From: Lama guanicoe
Lineage: Eukaryota
Assembly: GCA_013239625.1 (NCBI GenBank)
Contig: MU054117.1
Coordinates: 746,001 to 806,000, forward strand
Direction: 5' to 3'
DNA: 60,000 nucleotides
Below are positions 48,084 to 60,000 of the stretch, in pieces. Below the pieces are notes generated by a model. The model was not told the DNA's origin and did not search any database. It saw only the letters and a program-made list of their open reading frames with translations. Both the position numbers and the translations under genes were made by a program. Positions within the stretch are counted from its first letter, which is position 1; each line of letters opens with the position of its first letter.

Positions 48084-50551
48084 CGCTGGTCCACGCGGGG
48101 CGTCTTGAGCACTCTGCTTTTTAACTGGATGACGCTCCTGGCAGAAGCGAGATGACTCTGCCTCCCCACCTACTTTACCAGCTGTACTAAGAACTTGTTA
48201 CTTACTCACACCTCGGTTTACCTGCCCGACCGCGGGGCGTTCGCACACACAGCTCACACTCCTTCCTCTGGCTCCTGGTGAAGTCTGCGCGGGGGCTGGG
48301 GGGGGGGCCCACGCTCAGGCGCCCGGGTTCCCACGGCAACGGGGCTGGCTGACGCCCACAGTCGCTTCAGCCGCCCCCCCGTCCCCTCTGCCCAGGCTCG
48401 AGTTGCGCACCAACACTCAGAGCCCCGCGAACACTGCGCTTCCCGTCCGCACTAAATGCCCTCCGTGCATTGTTGTGCATGCATCTCCTGTCATTATCTG
48501 TGTACGCCTTCCCCTAGAGACCTCCAGAGCCACCGGCTATGGAAGAAAAAAGGCTGAAGGGCGCAGCCACCCACCTCCACTCTGATCTCACCTCTGCCAG
48601 GGGTCTGAGCACGCCCCCCAGAAGCAGGGGCCCTGGGGCCGGGACTGGCACGGCGGGCTGAGGGCCGGGGCTGCCCTTGGAGGAGGCAGGACCTGTCCGT
48701 CCTCTCTGCCACCCCAGCTCTCAAAGCCCCGGGTCCCATGGCGGCCAGGCACTGAGCCGGGGTGGGCCTGACTGTTGTTTGAGCATCCCTGCCCGCGCCC
48801 CCAGCAGCTCACAGAGACACACAGACCCTCTTTATCCTCACGACCCCCACTCCTGCCTCTTCTCTCACCGAGGAGGATGAGGACCCCGGGCTGAAACAGT
48901 CCCCAGGGTACAACCCACAACCTCTTGCTCCCACATCATGCCGTCCCCACCCAGAGGTCGTGTCCAGAAGGAAGGCGGACTGACAGGCTGGGAAGCAGGG
49001 CGGGCAGTGGGGAGAGGACCGGAAGCTGGGCACCAGAAGGGGGAGGAGCTGTGGTGACGTCTCCCGCGACAGCTCTGATGGCCCCCTGAGCACAGGCTGG
49101 TAAGCTCTGCGCGATGGGCTATGGTGTCAGCGAACCAGCTCAAAATAATGTGGGGTTTACAAAACCAGGAATGTAGAAACGATGCAGAGGGGGAAGGATC
49201 GTTCCAGGTTTTCCCCGACCTTCCCCGTGCATCGTCGGGGCAGCCCGGGCGGATTTCCAGGAGAGCTGGAAGCCCTCCGAGGTGCTTGTCGCCCGGCCCC
49301 TCAGGAGCCCCCGGGGACACACAGGGCTGCGAGTCGGCCCAGGGGCGGGGGGTCAGGGCACCCCCCTGGGAGCCGAGGTGCGAACATGCGGGGTTTCAAG
49401 ATCTCACTCCTGATGGAAGAAGACATTCGTCTCGGCTGCCTGCCACCGGCTCCCCCGGGCCAGTGTCACCTCCGACTAACAGCCTCTTGCAGCCCTGGGA
49501 GGGTTTTCATGAAGGAACTTCTTTTATGTAGGTTCCCTGAGGGTGAGAAACCGTGTCTCACCAACCGGTTCACACCTGGGGAGGGAGGGGGAGGCTCCCC
49601 AGGCTGCCTGGGCTGGTGACGTGCACCAGGGGCCCCCTTGCCCACTTGCCCCACTCGCCCCCCCCGCCTTGCTACCCCGTCTGCAGCCGCAGGAGAGAGA
49701 GGGGCACAGGCCCCACCCTGGGTCTTGTGGAAACAAACGTGCTTAGCCTGTAAAAGTCCACTTTCTCAATAACAGTACCACGTACCCACTGCACACTCCA
49801 CGTGAAAGCATGATGAGACCTGGTCTCTGCCTTCAGGAAGGTAACGGTCCCCTCGGGGAGGATGGACCCCCCCACCCCTGCCCAGGAGGAGACTACAGTA
49901 AGCCCTGAATGGGGCAACCTTGAAGTAAACCCAGTGAGATGGCAAGGAACGGCTGGAGTGGGGGACGGCTCCAAGGAGGAGAAAGGACGTCCGTGGGCCA
50001 CGGACACAGGTCGGGTCCAGAGGACGGGGCGGGGGGTGCCCCTTCCATGTCTGATGCACACGAGACGCCCCGAGCTCGCACCACGGCACATGCTCTACTT
50101 TTGGGCCCGGCTCTGACACTAAGACCCCCCACCCAGCCCTCGAGCGACAGCAGGGCATCCCGCCCTCCACCCCCTCCCCCTCCCCCAGAGCCAGCACAGT
50201 GCCGGGGCCAGGCAGACACGCACACACACACAGCACTTTTAAACACCCAGACTGGGCTTGGCGTCGACCAGACACCTCCCAGGTAGGACATCCAATACTT
50301 AAGAGCAGCCTGTGAGGTGGACATTGTCACTCTGACTGACACGTGAGGACACGGGGACCCTGGAGGATGACCTGGTCCAGGGCCCAGCTGGTCAGAGGCA
50401 GAGCTGGAGTCACACCTGTCTGTGCCCCTCCCGGTGCTGCTAGGTTGGAGGCCCACTGCGCTGACAATTCAGCAGTGGCATTGTTGTTTGGGCTGCCCAT
50501 GGCCTTTGACCTTCGTTCTAACCATCTGAGCCAGCTCACCTGGAATTCACG

Positions 50552-51008
50552 TGTGACTATGAGGATTTGGTTCAGCTGCATAAACTTCACAACAATGATT
50601 ATGGCTTTATTTTTTCACTCAGATAAAGCTGCCTAAAGGCGGGTGGGCTGGGACAGCAGCTGCATGGTCACTGAGACTCAGGTTCCCCATCCTCAAGGTC
50701 TGGCTTCCAAAGCATGGCCTAATATGGCTGCCAGAACTCCAGCCATTACAGCTGCATTCCAGGAAACATGGAGGAGGAAGGAAGGGAGAAAAAAGGCTCT
50801 TCCATCTCCTTATGGAGCTTCATTAAATTACAGCACACAAGTTTTCTCTCTTATTGGCTGGAAATTGTCACTAAACCTTACAGGACATGGAAAATTCTAG
50901 TCTTGTTAGCCTTTGTGGCAACGTGACCAGATAGAGATCAGGGTTCAGATACTAAGGGGGAAGGCTAGGCCAGGTGCCAGGGAGACAACTTGAAAGTTTT
51001 CATATACA
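50552..51008 (-). mobile_element. ERVL-MaLR solo LTR (MLT1J/K-like)
   Basis: aggatttggttcagctgca...tttattttttcac...atggctgccagaactccagccattacagctgcattccagg...tcttattggctggaa...gggttcagatactaagg; TG...CA ends. Confidence 0.8.
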
Positions 51009-51118
51009 ATTCCATGATTATTTTTTAAGTGTCGGGGTGTGGATGGTCTCCAACAGCTCAGAAGCAAAGTTAGTAATTTCCATTGGAGCCCACCTGCCCG
51101 CCTGCCCACCTGCCTTCT

Positions 51119-51150
51119 CTCCCTCCCTGCTTCCTTCCTTCCTTCCTTCC
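51119..51150. repeat. (CTCC)/(CTTC)n pyrimidine microsatellite
   Basis: ctccctccctgcttccttccttccttccttcc. Confidence 0.85.
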
Positions 51151-52444
51151 CAACACCACTACAGTCTGGAACTCCACAGGGATAAAGCAAATAAGGCCAC
51201 GAAACAATGGCCCCTCCCCCAACATTCCCACTCTCCCCGCGAACAGCATGCCGTGGTTCCAGGCTCCACGTTTAATCCAAGACCAAAGCCCAGGCTCGTA
51301 GTCAGTACGCTGCCACCAAGTGGAAGAAAGCTTGTCCGTGGTCCCCGTGGCGAGCGGCAGGGTTACCGGAGACCGGCGCATCCGTGTAAACTCCTGCCCA
51401 TCCCACCCCCGAGACAGGTGGCACAAAGTCAAGCATCACGGAATGTAAAATGCTCCTCCATGAAATTGTCTCCCCGGCCCTGCAATTCCTCAGGCGGCCA
51501 GCAGAGGCAGGACGGAGGGCAGGGCAGCTCCAGCTCCGCAGCTTGGGGAGCAGAGACGTGGGGGGAGGAGGAGGAGGAACCCCAGGGCGGGGGGCAGGGC
51601 CCCGGCTCCCGACTCCCAGGCTCTGTCCACTCCAGCCCCCAGACCAGCAGCAGGGTTTCGAGGGGCTGCTGGTGCTGGACACTCCCCAAGGCTGCTGCCC
51701 AGGATGCGGTCACTGCCCTGAGACATCGAGGACAGACGTGGCCCCTTGGGGCAAGAGCCTGAGCACGGCCGGTCCACATGGGCCGGGAGCCGGCAGGACG
51801 CTGGACGGGCGCCCAGAAAGCCTGGCGGGTAGTGGCAGAGCCATGCACACTGCTGGGAGGACACAGGGAGTTTGGGGCAGTGTCGTCTGCTTCTCTGGGT
51901 ACCGGCCCTCGGTCCTTGGTGAGCCAAGCAGGAGACCCTCCAGGGGGCTCTGTTCATACATGCCAAACCAGGAGACCTGGGCGCACCCAGGAAATGTGCC
52001 AGGGGTGTGGGTGCTGCGGTCCAGCACTGATGTGGGGACAGTCAGGGAACGGTGGGTCAGCTGGCTCACACACAAGCCTCCTTCACACCCAGCGCCGTCT
52101 CGCACAGGGAGGCCCTGGTGGGGGCTCCCGTGACCCACCTCTAAGGTCACCACCCGCTGCACCCTCACGCTCCCCTCTGCCCACCTCAAGCGTCTTTCCT
52201 TCTCTGCTGCAAACTGGGAGCCAGCTAATCTCCAGCCTCCAGACCCTCACCCTCCACAGACGTGACGCCTGTACTGGGCCACCTGCCAGCCGCTCCCCTC
52301 CCAGGGGACCCCCCGTCACCCGCCGTCCTCTCCCAGCACATCAGCCATTTTCACGCCTTCCTCCAAAAGTCTGCAAGCCTCTCCTGTCCTCCCCACGTGT
52401 CTTTGTTCCCAGTTCTCCCCTTGAACAGTTTGTCTTGTGAGACT

Positions 52445-52461
52445 AAAAAAAAAAAAAAAAA
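52445..52461. repeat. A17 homopolymer (U17 on the pre-mRNA)
   Basis: Read directly. Confidence 0.9.
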
Positions 52462-55400
52462 TCCCTGCTCCAAAAGAATACGAAGGCTATTTTGACAGGA
52501 TTAATTTAAGAAACCTCCCCGCAGCCTCGCAGAAACCCGGAAAGAGGGCAGGCTGCTCAGGAAAGTCTCAGGAAGGACCTGCAAGGAAGACGCCATCCCA
52601 GAAGTTTCTGGGTGCTTGCTAAGGAAGCAAGGCGAGTGCTCGGGGCTGGGGTCCACTTGATGGGACCCTCCAGCGCGCCGGGACAGACCACTGAGCTTCC
52701 TAGCAGAGCCCAGGGCGGGAACCCCGGCAGGCGGAGGGAGGGGTGCGGGCGGCGGGTGGTCTCCATGACCTGCGTCATGGTGACACTGTCCATCACCAGC
52801 ACGGAGTCCCTTTGGAGACCTTTGAGGGATACAGTCTCTTAAGAAAGGTCACCTGTGTGGGGACGAAGGGGACAGACGTCAGGGCTGACCTGCTTCTCTG
52901 AGGGCAGGAAGAGGGCCAACGGCAGCCCAGGGAGGAGAGGGCGGCGGAGGAGGGAGGAGACTGTCCGCAGCTGCAGGGGCTGGGCAGCCAGGGCTCCCGC
53001 CAGCCAGGAGGGCCCGTGCGGCTTCGCCGAGGAGGCTGGGAAGTGGGCACCGGGCTCCCAGCAGCTCCCGGAGGCGACCGCACAGCACCGCCAGGAGGCT
53101 GAGGGCTGCTCACACCCACCCCTGCCGCCCACCGCCGCCCGCGGTCGGCCCGACGGCGCAGCTTCCAGAAAGGAGCTCCGAATTTGGCACGTCTCTCTCT
53201 CTGAGTCCTTTTTAGGTGCTATTTTGGTCTTCCAGCTGAACTGGCGCTTGCCAGTTGCTCATTCCCAGGACTGGGGGCCCTGAGTCGGGGGGCCACAGCT
53301 GATCCCGGCCCCACCCCTCCTCAGCCGCGTCCCTGAGTCTGCGTCGCTCAGCCTCCAGCTCTGGGTCCCATGAAAGGAAGGGGCTGTAATGAGACTTGAA
53401 AGACATGATGTAACCACCTGCCAAGAAATGGAGGCTGAGCGCGGCCGTGGGTGTCTCCACACCGGCCACACGGATGGCGAGCCCGAGAGACGGAGGAGGG
53501 AGGGGGGCCCACGGGGTGGGCCCCAGGCCCTGGGAGAGCGGCGGCCCCGGGGGCCTGCACCTGTAGTCTCCTCTCCCGAGACGCGCGCTGGCTGGGGCAG
53601 TTCAGACGCGACGGTGGTGACGCCCACGGGCAAGTGCGGGGTGGTGAGTCGTGTTTCCTTGTCAGGGAGAACACCAGCACCAAACACGCCGGCCCCTCTC
53701 CCTGCGGCTCAGACCCCAGAGGGGCCCCACAGCTCACCTGCTCGCTCGCCTCTCGGTTCCCTGATTAGTGACGACACCTGGGCCCGAGAGATGCCGCTCA
53801 GGGAGGAAAGGGCCCCCAGAGACAAACGAACTGGCCTGAATGCCCCATAACAGGCCCGTCCTCAAGGCGGCCGAGGGGAGACAAGGGCTGTGTCTGCCTC
53901 CCGCGTGGCCGACACACCGCTCTGGCTTTCTGGGCAGTTCCACACCCATGTCCGCCCTCACGGGGGACAGAAATGCCAGCTGCCGCCAAGCCAGGGGCTC
54001 CTCCTGTCATTTTGGATCTGCCGGAAACCAGAGAGACGAGGGGAGCGACAGGTCACGGCGGGCGGAACGGACCAGCTAGTCCTGACGAGAGGGAAGCTCC
54101 GATCCCACCGTGTCTGATTTTGGGTCTGGTCAGTGAGAGACCACACTCCAAGGCGGTTCAAAAACACCCAGGCCAACGGCCTCGTGTTCCCAAGACCCCA
54201 CGAGGAGGACGGCAGGACGGGTGGGCACTGCGTCTCTGAGAAGAGGGGGGACAGGAAGCAGCCACTCCGGCCATGGGGCCCTGGGCCGGGACGCGGTCCC
54301 TCGGGGCTCTGCCGGGTAGGGATGCTGAAGCCGCGTGGAGGGCATGGCCCATTTCCCAGAGGCACAGGAGTGCCCCAGCCCAGCCCTGCCCAGAGCAGGG
54401 ATGCATCACTCCCACGGACAGGTGCAGCCAGGCTGTGGGCCTGGGGCACGAGGGTCGTGGACATGTCCTTCCCGGGCAGGGACGCAGGGTGGGGACAACA
54501 CTCTCCCCCAGCCACACTTCCTCGTGCACAGAAGTCAGGCTGCGGTGGGTCTGCCTTCAGGGCCTCGCCTGCAGGCGTGGGGCAGATGCGGAGAGCGCAG
54601 GGTTTTCTGGCCCCGGTGTGGTCCACACGGCCGGCGCTCCTCCGACGTGGGCTGTCCTGTGCCAAAGGACGTTCCGCCCGTGTCCCCACCAGGCGGGGAG
54701 GGAGTGGGCCCCAGCGCTGGTCTCGTCCGCCCAGGACACACTTCTCACTGCCCCAGCCAGGAGGAGCGCAGCCCAGGGCACGATCGCCAGGGTCTGGCTA
54801 GATTCTCAGTCCCTTTTAAACAGAACCCCCCTCCCACTGGCGGCGCGATGAGGACCACATGGCGCGCTAGGTCCCCGGCTGGCGGCTTTGCCCGCTCTTG
54901 TGGAGAAAGATTATCAAGCCCCAGGCAGGTGGCTGGAGAGCCTCCCCAAGACACCGCAGGAGCACGAAGGTTCTGCTCTTCAGCCCCTGCTGTGCTGGCT
55001 TCGGAGGCCCTCGGGTGAGGGGAACGGCGATGCCAGGGCTGCGGCCCTGGGGGATGCGGGGTGGTGTCCGGGGGTTTAACCACACAGAGCTGACGGGAAG
55101 GGGGCTCCGCCATTCGGGAGCTTCCGGGAAACTGGCTCCATCCATTCCTTCCTGACAGCCCCTCCCCCCTCCACGGCCGCGTTTCAGAAGCAGCCCCCAA
55201 ACCCACCATCTTCACCGGCTCCCCAGCCCTGCAGCGGTCCCACGTCTCCTTCCTCTGATCCTGTGAACACAGGCAGACTGACCGCTCGAGGACACGACCA
55301 GCATTGTTCGATGTGTCCTTTCCCCCCACGCCCTGCATTGTGACACCGAGACGCTGTGACCCCACTTCAGGTCCGGGGGTCGTGGCCCCACCACCCTGGC

Positions 55401-57300
55401 CCCGCTCCCTGCTTCCCTCCACGCGGCTCTGCTCCGGCCGCGTGGGGCTGATCGTCACCCCCGGCGGGTCTGTCGTCCTGGCCCCGAACCCGCTTCATCT
55501 CCCCGCCTTCAAACCCAGCTCCACTTCCTCCAGGCCGTGTCGCGTGCGCTCCCTGATGGCCGCCCCGGGGGCTGCTGATGGTCGGACCCCTCCTCCCTGG
55601 GACCCTTTGGGCTTTGCTGTGTTCAAAGCAGGCCGTCTCCACCCGGTTCTCTGGGGAGCCTGGCCATTCCCAGGGCTCCCGGGCCTGGTACTGAGTGTGA
55701 GGACCACTTCCGGGAGGGTAATCAAGGCGGCGGTGCAGACAAGTCCCTGGACTAGGAGTGGGTGCAGGGGCAGAGCCAATGAGGCGCAGGTCCCCAGCTG
55801 CCCCGAGGCACCGCAGACACCAGGGCCGCTGCCCAGACTGACTCAGGCTGAGGAACCCACCGTCCACGCCCCTCCGAGGTCCCGCCCAGCTGCCAGGGTT
55901 CAGCTACCGTCTTCTCTGGGACCTGAGCTCTCGGCGTCCCGGCCGCAGGATCTGGGCCTCGCTCTCCTCACCGGCCACCTCAGTAGGACCCCCAACACCT
56001 GACTGCCTCGTACGTAGCAAGTGCTCCACCCCCCCCCCCACAGAAATAGCCCTCAGTCCCTTCACTCGTGTCACAGTCTTACCTGACCCTGGCCGCTGCC
56101 CGGAGACAGGCAGTGTGGACGTGGCTACCCAGCTTCACCGACGGGCTACACCGAGGGTCAGAGCCCCCCCATCACACCGAGGCCCGGCCGGGGCTGGTCC
56201 CGCGCGAGTTCTCTTTCCCCATCACTCAAGTGTCCACAGAACCCACCCCCCAACGGACAGCCTGGCGCTTGCTCGGTGGCCTTTGGGGTAACAAGTGCCC
56301 CCAGGACAGGGAATGGGGCTCCTGGTGGCAAAGGTGGGGGCCCAGCAGGACAGGGAATCCCCAAACCCTGCAGAGTCGTCAGCTCCCCTTTCACCAGCCC
56401 TCCCGCAGCCCACACGCACCAGATGCAGGCGGCCTGCTCCCTGTGATTGATGAAGACCTTTTTAACTTAAGAATTTAATTACAGGGGAGCTGCATTCCCT
56501 GAGGGCCCGCCAAGTGAGTTCTCACCACACAGGCCTCCTGACAGCCCCAGGCAGCCGGGGCCTGCAGCTGAGCGGGGGAGCAGGACAAGAGGGTGACAGC
56601 CGCACGCTCGGGGGCCGCGCCTCGGGAGGGGGCTCTGGGTGTCGGGTGGGCGTCTAACCTGAGGGCTCCGCACGCTGGCCACCTTCTCACTGAGAGGCCG
56701 TGCTGCCTTCAGGGTGAAAGTCAGACGTTTCAGCCAACACGCTGCGGGTGAGGCCGCGCCGCACAGGCGGGCTCTGGGGACCAGGCGCCCGGTGGGGCTG
56801 GAGGGAAGCCGCTCCGTCCTCGAGCCTCCCTGGGGAGGGGAGGCCTCTTCCTGCCCCAGCTGCCCTGCTGGATGACTTCTGGGCCTGGGAGTGTGGGAAA
56901 GGCGGGGTGGGTGGTGTGCTGGGGTTTGGGGACGGGAAAGGGACCCTCCAAGGGAACACAGGACTGCAGGTCCTACAAGGAAGCGTGTGCTCTTGGGGGC
57001 CAGCTCCAGTGTGCCCCAGCCGGCACCGGCACGGGAGCCGGTCACCGCGGAGGCTCTCAGCAGAGGTGAGTGGGGCTCAAGGCAGCAGGATCGGCCGGTC
57101 CCCCCGGCCTGGCCCCCCAACATCATATTCACTCAGTCCACAAAGCAGCCGCTCACCTGGCAGCTCGAGCCACCCCTGAGGAGGGAAGGAGCAGAGGAGG
57201 CAGGGCCAGGCCCGGGAGTGAGCCCTCAGCCCCACACGCCAACCACACCACCTGGGGGCCCGGACGTGGCCGCGAGGACCCGGCTGTCTGCGCTGGCCCG

Positions 57301-57335
57301 GGACCCAGGACACAGGACTCAGGACCCAGGACGCA
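57301..57335. repeat. Five tandem 7-mers GGAC-N-CA
   Basis: ggaccca ggacaca ggactca ggaccca ggacgca. Confidence 0.85.
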
Positions 57336-57391
57336 GAGGGACGGGGAGGAATCAGGGGTGTCAGGGGCTGGGGTGGGGCCGCTTCTCAGCA

Positions 57392-57571
57392 GAGACTCTC
57401 AGCCACGCGTGAGTCTGTGCTCCAGAGCCCCGGGGACGACGGGCCGTGTCTGGAGACACTTTGGTTGTCACACTGGGGGAGGGGCTGCTACTGGCATCTA
57501 GGGGTTGAAGCAGAGAAGCGGCACATGCCTCACAGTGAGAATGTCAGGAGGGCCACGGAGAAACCTTGAAC
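57392..57571. mobile_element. hAT-Charlie MER20
   Basis: gtgtctggagacactttggttgtcacactggggg...gctgctactggcatctagggg...gagaaaccttg. Confidence 0.85.
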
Positions 57572-60000
57572 CAGATGACCTGGGAGTTCCTTTAGCAGCT
57601 GCGGCCAGAAAGGCCCGCAGGAGCAGCGGAGGGCTGGGCTGGGCAGCCTGTGGCCTGAGTGTGCGACCAGGAGACGGGTGCTTAAAGGAGCCTCGCCATC
57701 CTTGGCAGGCTCTGCAGGTGCCGTCCAGCAGACGACTGTGGAGGGAGGGAGGAGGGAAGGAGGGAGGGGCACCGGGCGGTGTCCAGGAACTGGGAGGCTG
57801 CGGGCCGGGGAGCATGGCTGGGTGGGGGGCCTGGCGAGGGGCAGAGCCCGGCGCGCACAGGAGGAGGGCTGAAGACAGGGACACTCACTGTCCAGCAGCC
57901 AAGTCTGGAGGGAGTGTGTCCCCGTTTAAGGGCGTACCCAGCCATCCAATGAGCCATCTGGGCACTTGGGCTGGTCAGTTCCCTGAAACAACCAGCCGCC
58001 AGGAGGGGTACTTCCTCCTCCGCATCCTCCCATTTGGGGAGCTCAGGCCGGTTCTCCCTGCTCCATCTTCCCTACTTCCACGGGAAAGGCGGGGTGCACA
58101 GTGGCCACGGCAGACTCCAGAGCCGGGTTCAAACCCCGGGCTGGTCACCGGCTCTCTCCTCCCCACCTCAGCGGCAGAAGCGAAGTGGGGGGGGGCTCTC
58201 TGGCTGGCTCAGGGCGGGGCAGCGAGGAGGAACTCCCCAGGAGCCACCAAAAAGGGCGTTTCTGGGAGGAAGCGGCCACTCACCAGTTTCCCGACATGAG
58301 TCCCAAGACGAAGGGGCGAGGCCGGCGGCAGGCTCTGGACGGGCAGGGCGTTCGGGGCAGCCAGCTGGGGCCTCTGGGCTCAGCCACCACCCTACACGTG
58401 TCAGCCCCTCCCCCGGGGCCACAAACGACAGATATGACAGAAATAGCAAACCCATTGTGCGGAGCCCTGGGGCAGTGACAGCATATCCTCCAGGACCCGG
58501 CGGGTGAGCTGCCCCAGGCCTGGGGAGGGTGGGGCCACAGGCCCTCACGCAGGCCCGCACGGCCGTGCCACGCCAGCCCTTACCGGGAGCCGGCGCTGGG
58601 AGAGCTGGGCCGACAGCCCCCGCCCCCTCTCCCCGCGCGGCCTTTGACTTAAGTCTTAAAAGCGGCAGGGTTTTTCTTCCTCTCTTTCCATCAGCAGGTG
58701 GGAGAAGACACCGTGTAACCTGCAGCGCCGACACGAGGACCAAACAAAATAATGACGCGAGAAACGCCAAGTCGACGTAAGACACCTGGCACCACAGAGA
58801 CACACGTCCCAGAAGAGGACGCCCCACGCTTCCACTGCCAGGAAGGCAACCGACCGAACAAACCAAGCACGAGAGCCGCAGGGACAGCCTCCGAGCTTCC
58901 TTCACGCCAAGATCCCAGTAGGTCCCGATACAGGAGGCGACACCTCACGCACGACGCTCCAGGCGGCAGCTCTGGGGCCTCAGGAGGAGATTAAGTTACA
59001 CTCCCCGGGCCCCGCTGAGGAAGGCAGCCACGCGCCTCTTCCAGGCAAGTCTGCCCCGGCCCAGAGGCTCCCAAAGGCGACCCCAGCCCCACTGCGCGCC
59101 GGGCACGGGGCCGCAGCCACATCCGTGAGCTCAGAGGGAGTCTGCTCACAGCGACTGGCTGGCACCCCTCCACTCAGCACTGACGGACGAAGGAAGCAGT
59201 GGACGGGCGAAGCCTCGGGGGAACTACAAACAGCTGGAAACAGAAGAGGGGCCCAGACACGCCAGTGGCTGACTTAACGCCCTCGTGACAGGTGACAGGC
59301 GGGAAAAGGAAAAGCAGCAGCGCGTGCCCGGAGGGGGGCGCAGAGCCGGGACCGCGGCTGAGTGACCAGGCATCTGGGGTCTGCCGGAGTCGTCTGCTGG
59401 GCGGCCTACGGGGAAGACACTTCCAGAGATAACACCACACGAGGCGTCGAGCGTCTCGAGCACTTGGAAGAAGTCTGTTCTGTGCTGGTTTCCCAACAAG
59501 TGGCCAGGACCCCATCACCCCTGTCGCTCTGACCCACCAGGTCAGGGGGAAAAGTCAGAGCAGCGCGGGCCTGACTCCGGAGAGAGGCACACGCAGCTGC
59601 GGGCTGCACGAGGCCCACGGCTGCGCACATGGGCTGAAATAAGCCAACACGCCAGGGCATCCCAGCCGGTTCCAGTGAGGCGGCCCCCACCAACCAACCA
59701 GCAGTGCCTGGCTGCGGTCTGGCCCGCAGGTGCGCGAGAGCGGAGGCGGTGGGAGGGGAGCGGCCAAAGGAGAGCAAACGCATCCTCTAAACCGGACGGC
59801 AAAGCCTGGGAAGGCAAGAGGGCAGCCACAGACACCTGCTGCAGCGGCACGTGACGGTGGCACCGGGGCCAGGCCGTGTGGGGTTAGGCCCCGCGGGCTA
59901 GGGCTCGAGGCCACCTGTGCAAACCCGAAGTCAGCAAAGGCACCAGCTCCCGCCGGTCTGACAGCCACTCGAGATCTGTGCATGAAGGGGCAGGACCTCG

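Larger units (their letters stand above)
12192..60000 (-). other. CACNA1C: 3' portion of the very long CACNA1C intron 3
   Basis: No upstream IS1 exon is recognisable in 48 kb. Intron 3 of CACNA1C is known to be very long in mammals. Confidence 0.85.

Noticed and set aside
56076..56090. Strong minus-strand CAG|GTAAGA as a second recursive splice site
   Set aside because: There is no polypyrimidine tract upstream of the AG, so it is only an isolated donor-like match.
12192..60000. Orthologue of the human CACNA1C intron-3 30-bp tandem repeat, psychiatric-risk interval or intronic lncRNAs
   Set aside because: No 30-mer array is visible, and human coordinates cannot be mapped without an alignment.

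Overview
This is mammalian genomic DNA, very GC- and CpG-rich. A vic-1-type tRNA-derived SINE and artiodactyl L1 3' ends point to a camelid. The whole window lies inside CACNA1C (Cav1.2 L-type calcium channel alpha-1C), transcribed on the minus strand. It holds only two real coding exons, each 140 bp: exon 4 (12052-12191; domain I S2-S3) and exon 5 (8582-8721; domain I S3-S4 voltage sensor). They splice in frame through canonical GT-AG sites. The rest is intron: about 48 kb from the 3' end of the very long intron 3, all of intron 4, and the start of intron 5. The introns carry decayed transposons: a 5'-truncated L1, old L1M remnants, L2, a CR1/L3 RT remnant, MIRs, hAT DNA elements, a MaLR LTR and an ERV1-type solo LTR. 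Almost all ORFs in the supplied track are GC-content artefacts or repeat-derived. I found no convincing new multi-gene system. The best leads are cis-regulatory or evolutionary: an antisense solo LTR with a phased CCAAT array, two octamers and a CArG/TATA; a c-fos-type CArG box in a CpG-poor MLT1; AP-1/ARE and RFX motif clusters; a candidate recursive splice site; and an AT-to-GC shift that may extend to two amino-acid changes in Cav1.2 IS2. Repeat family names and human comparisons come from recalled consensus sequences and need RepeatMasker or alignment confirmation.
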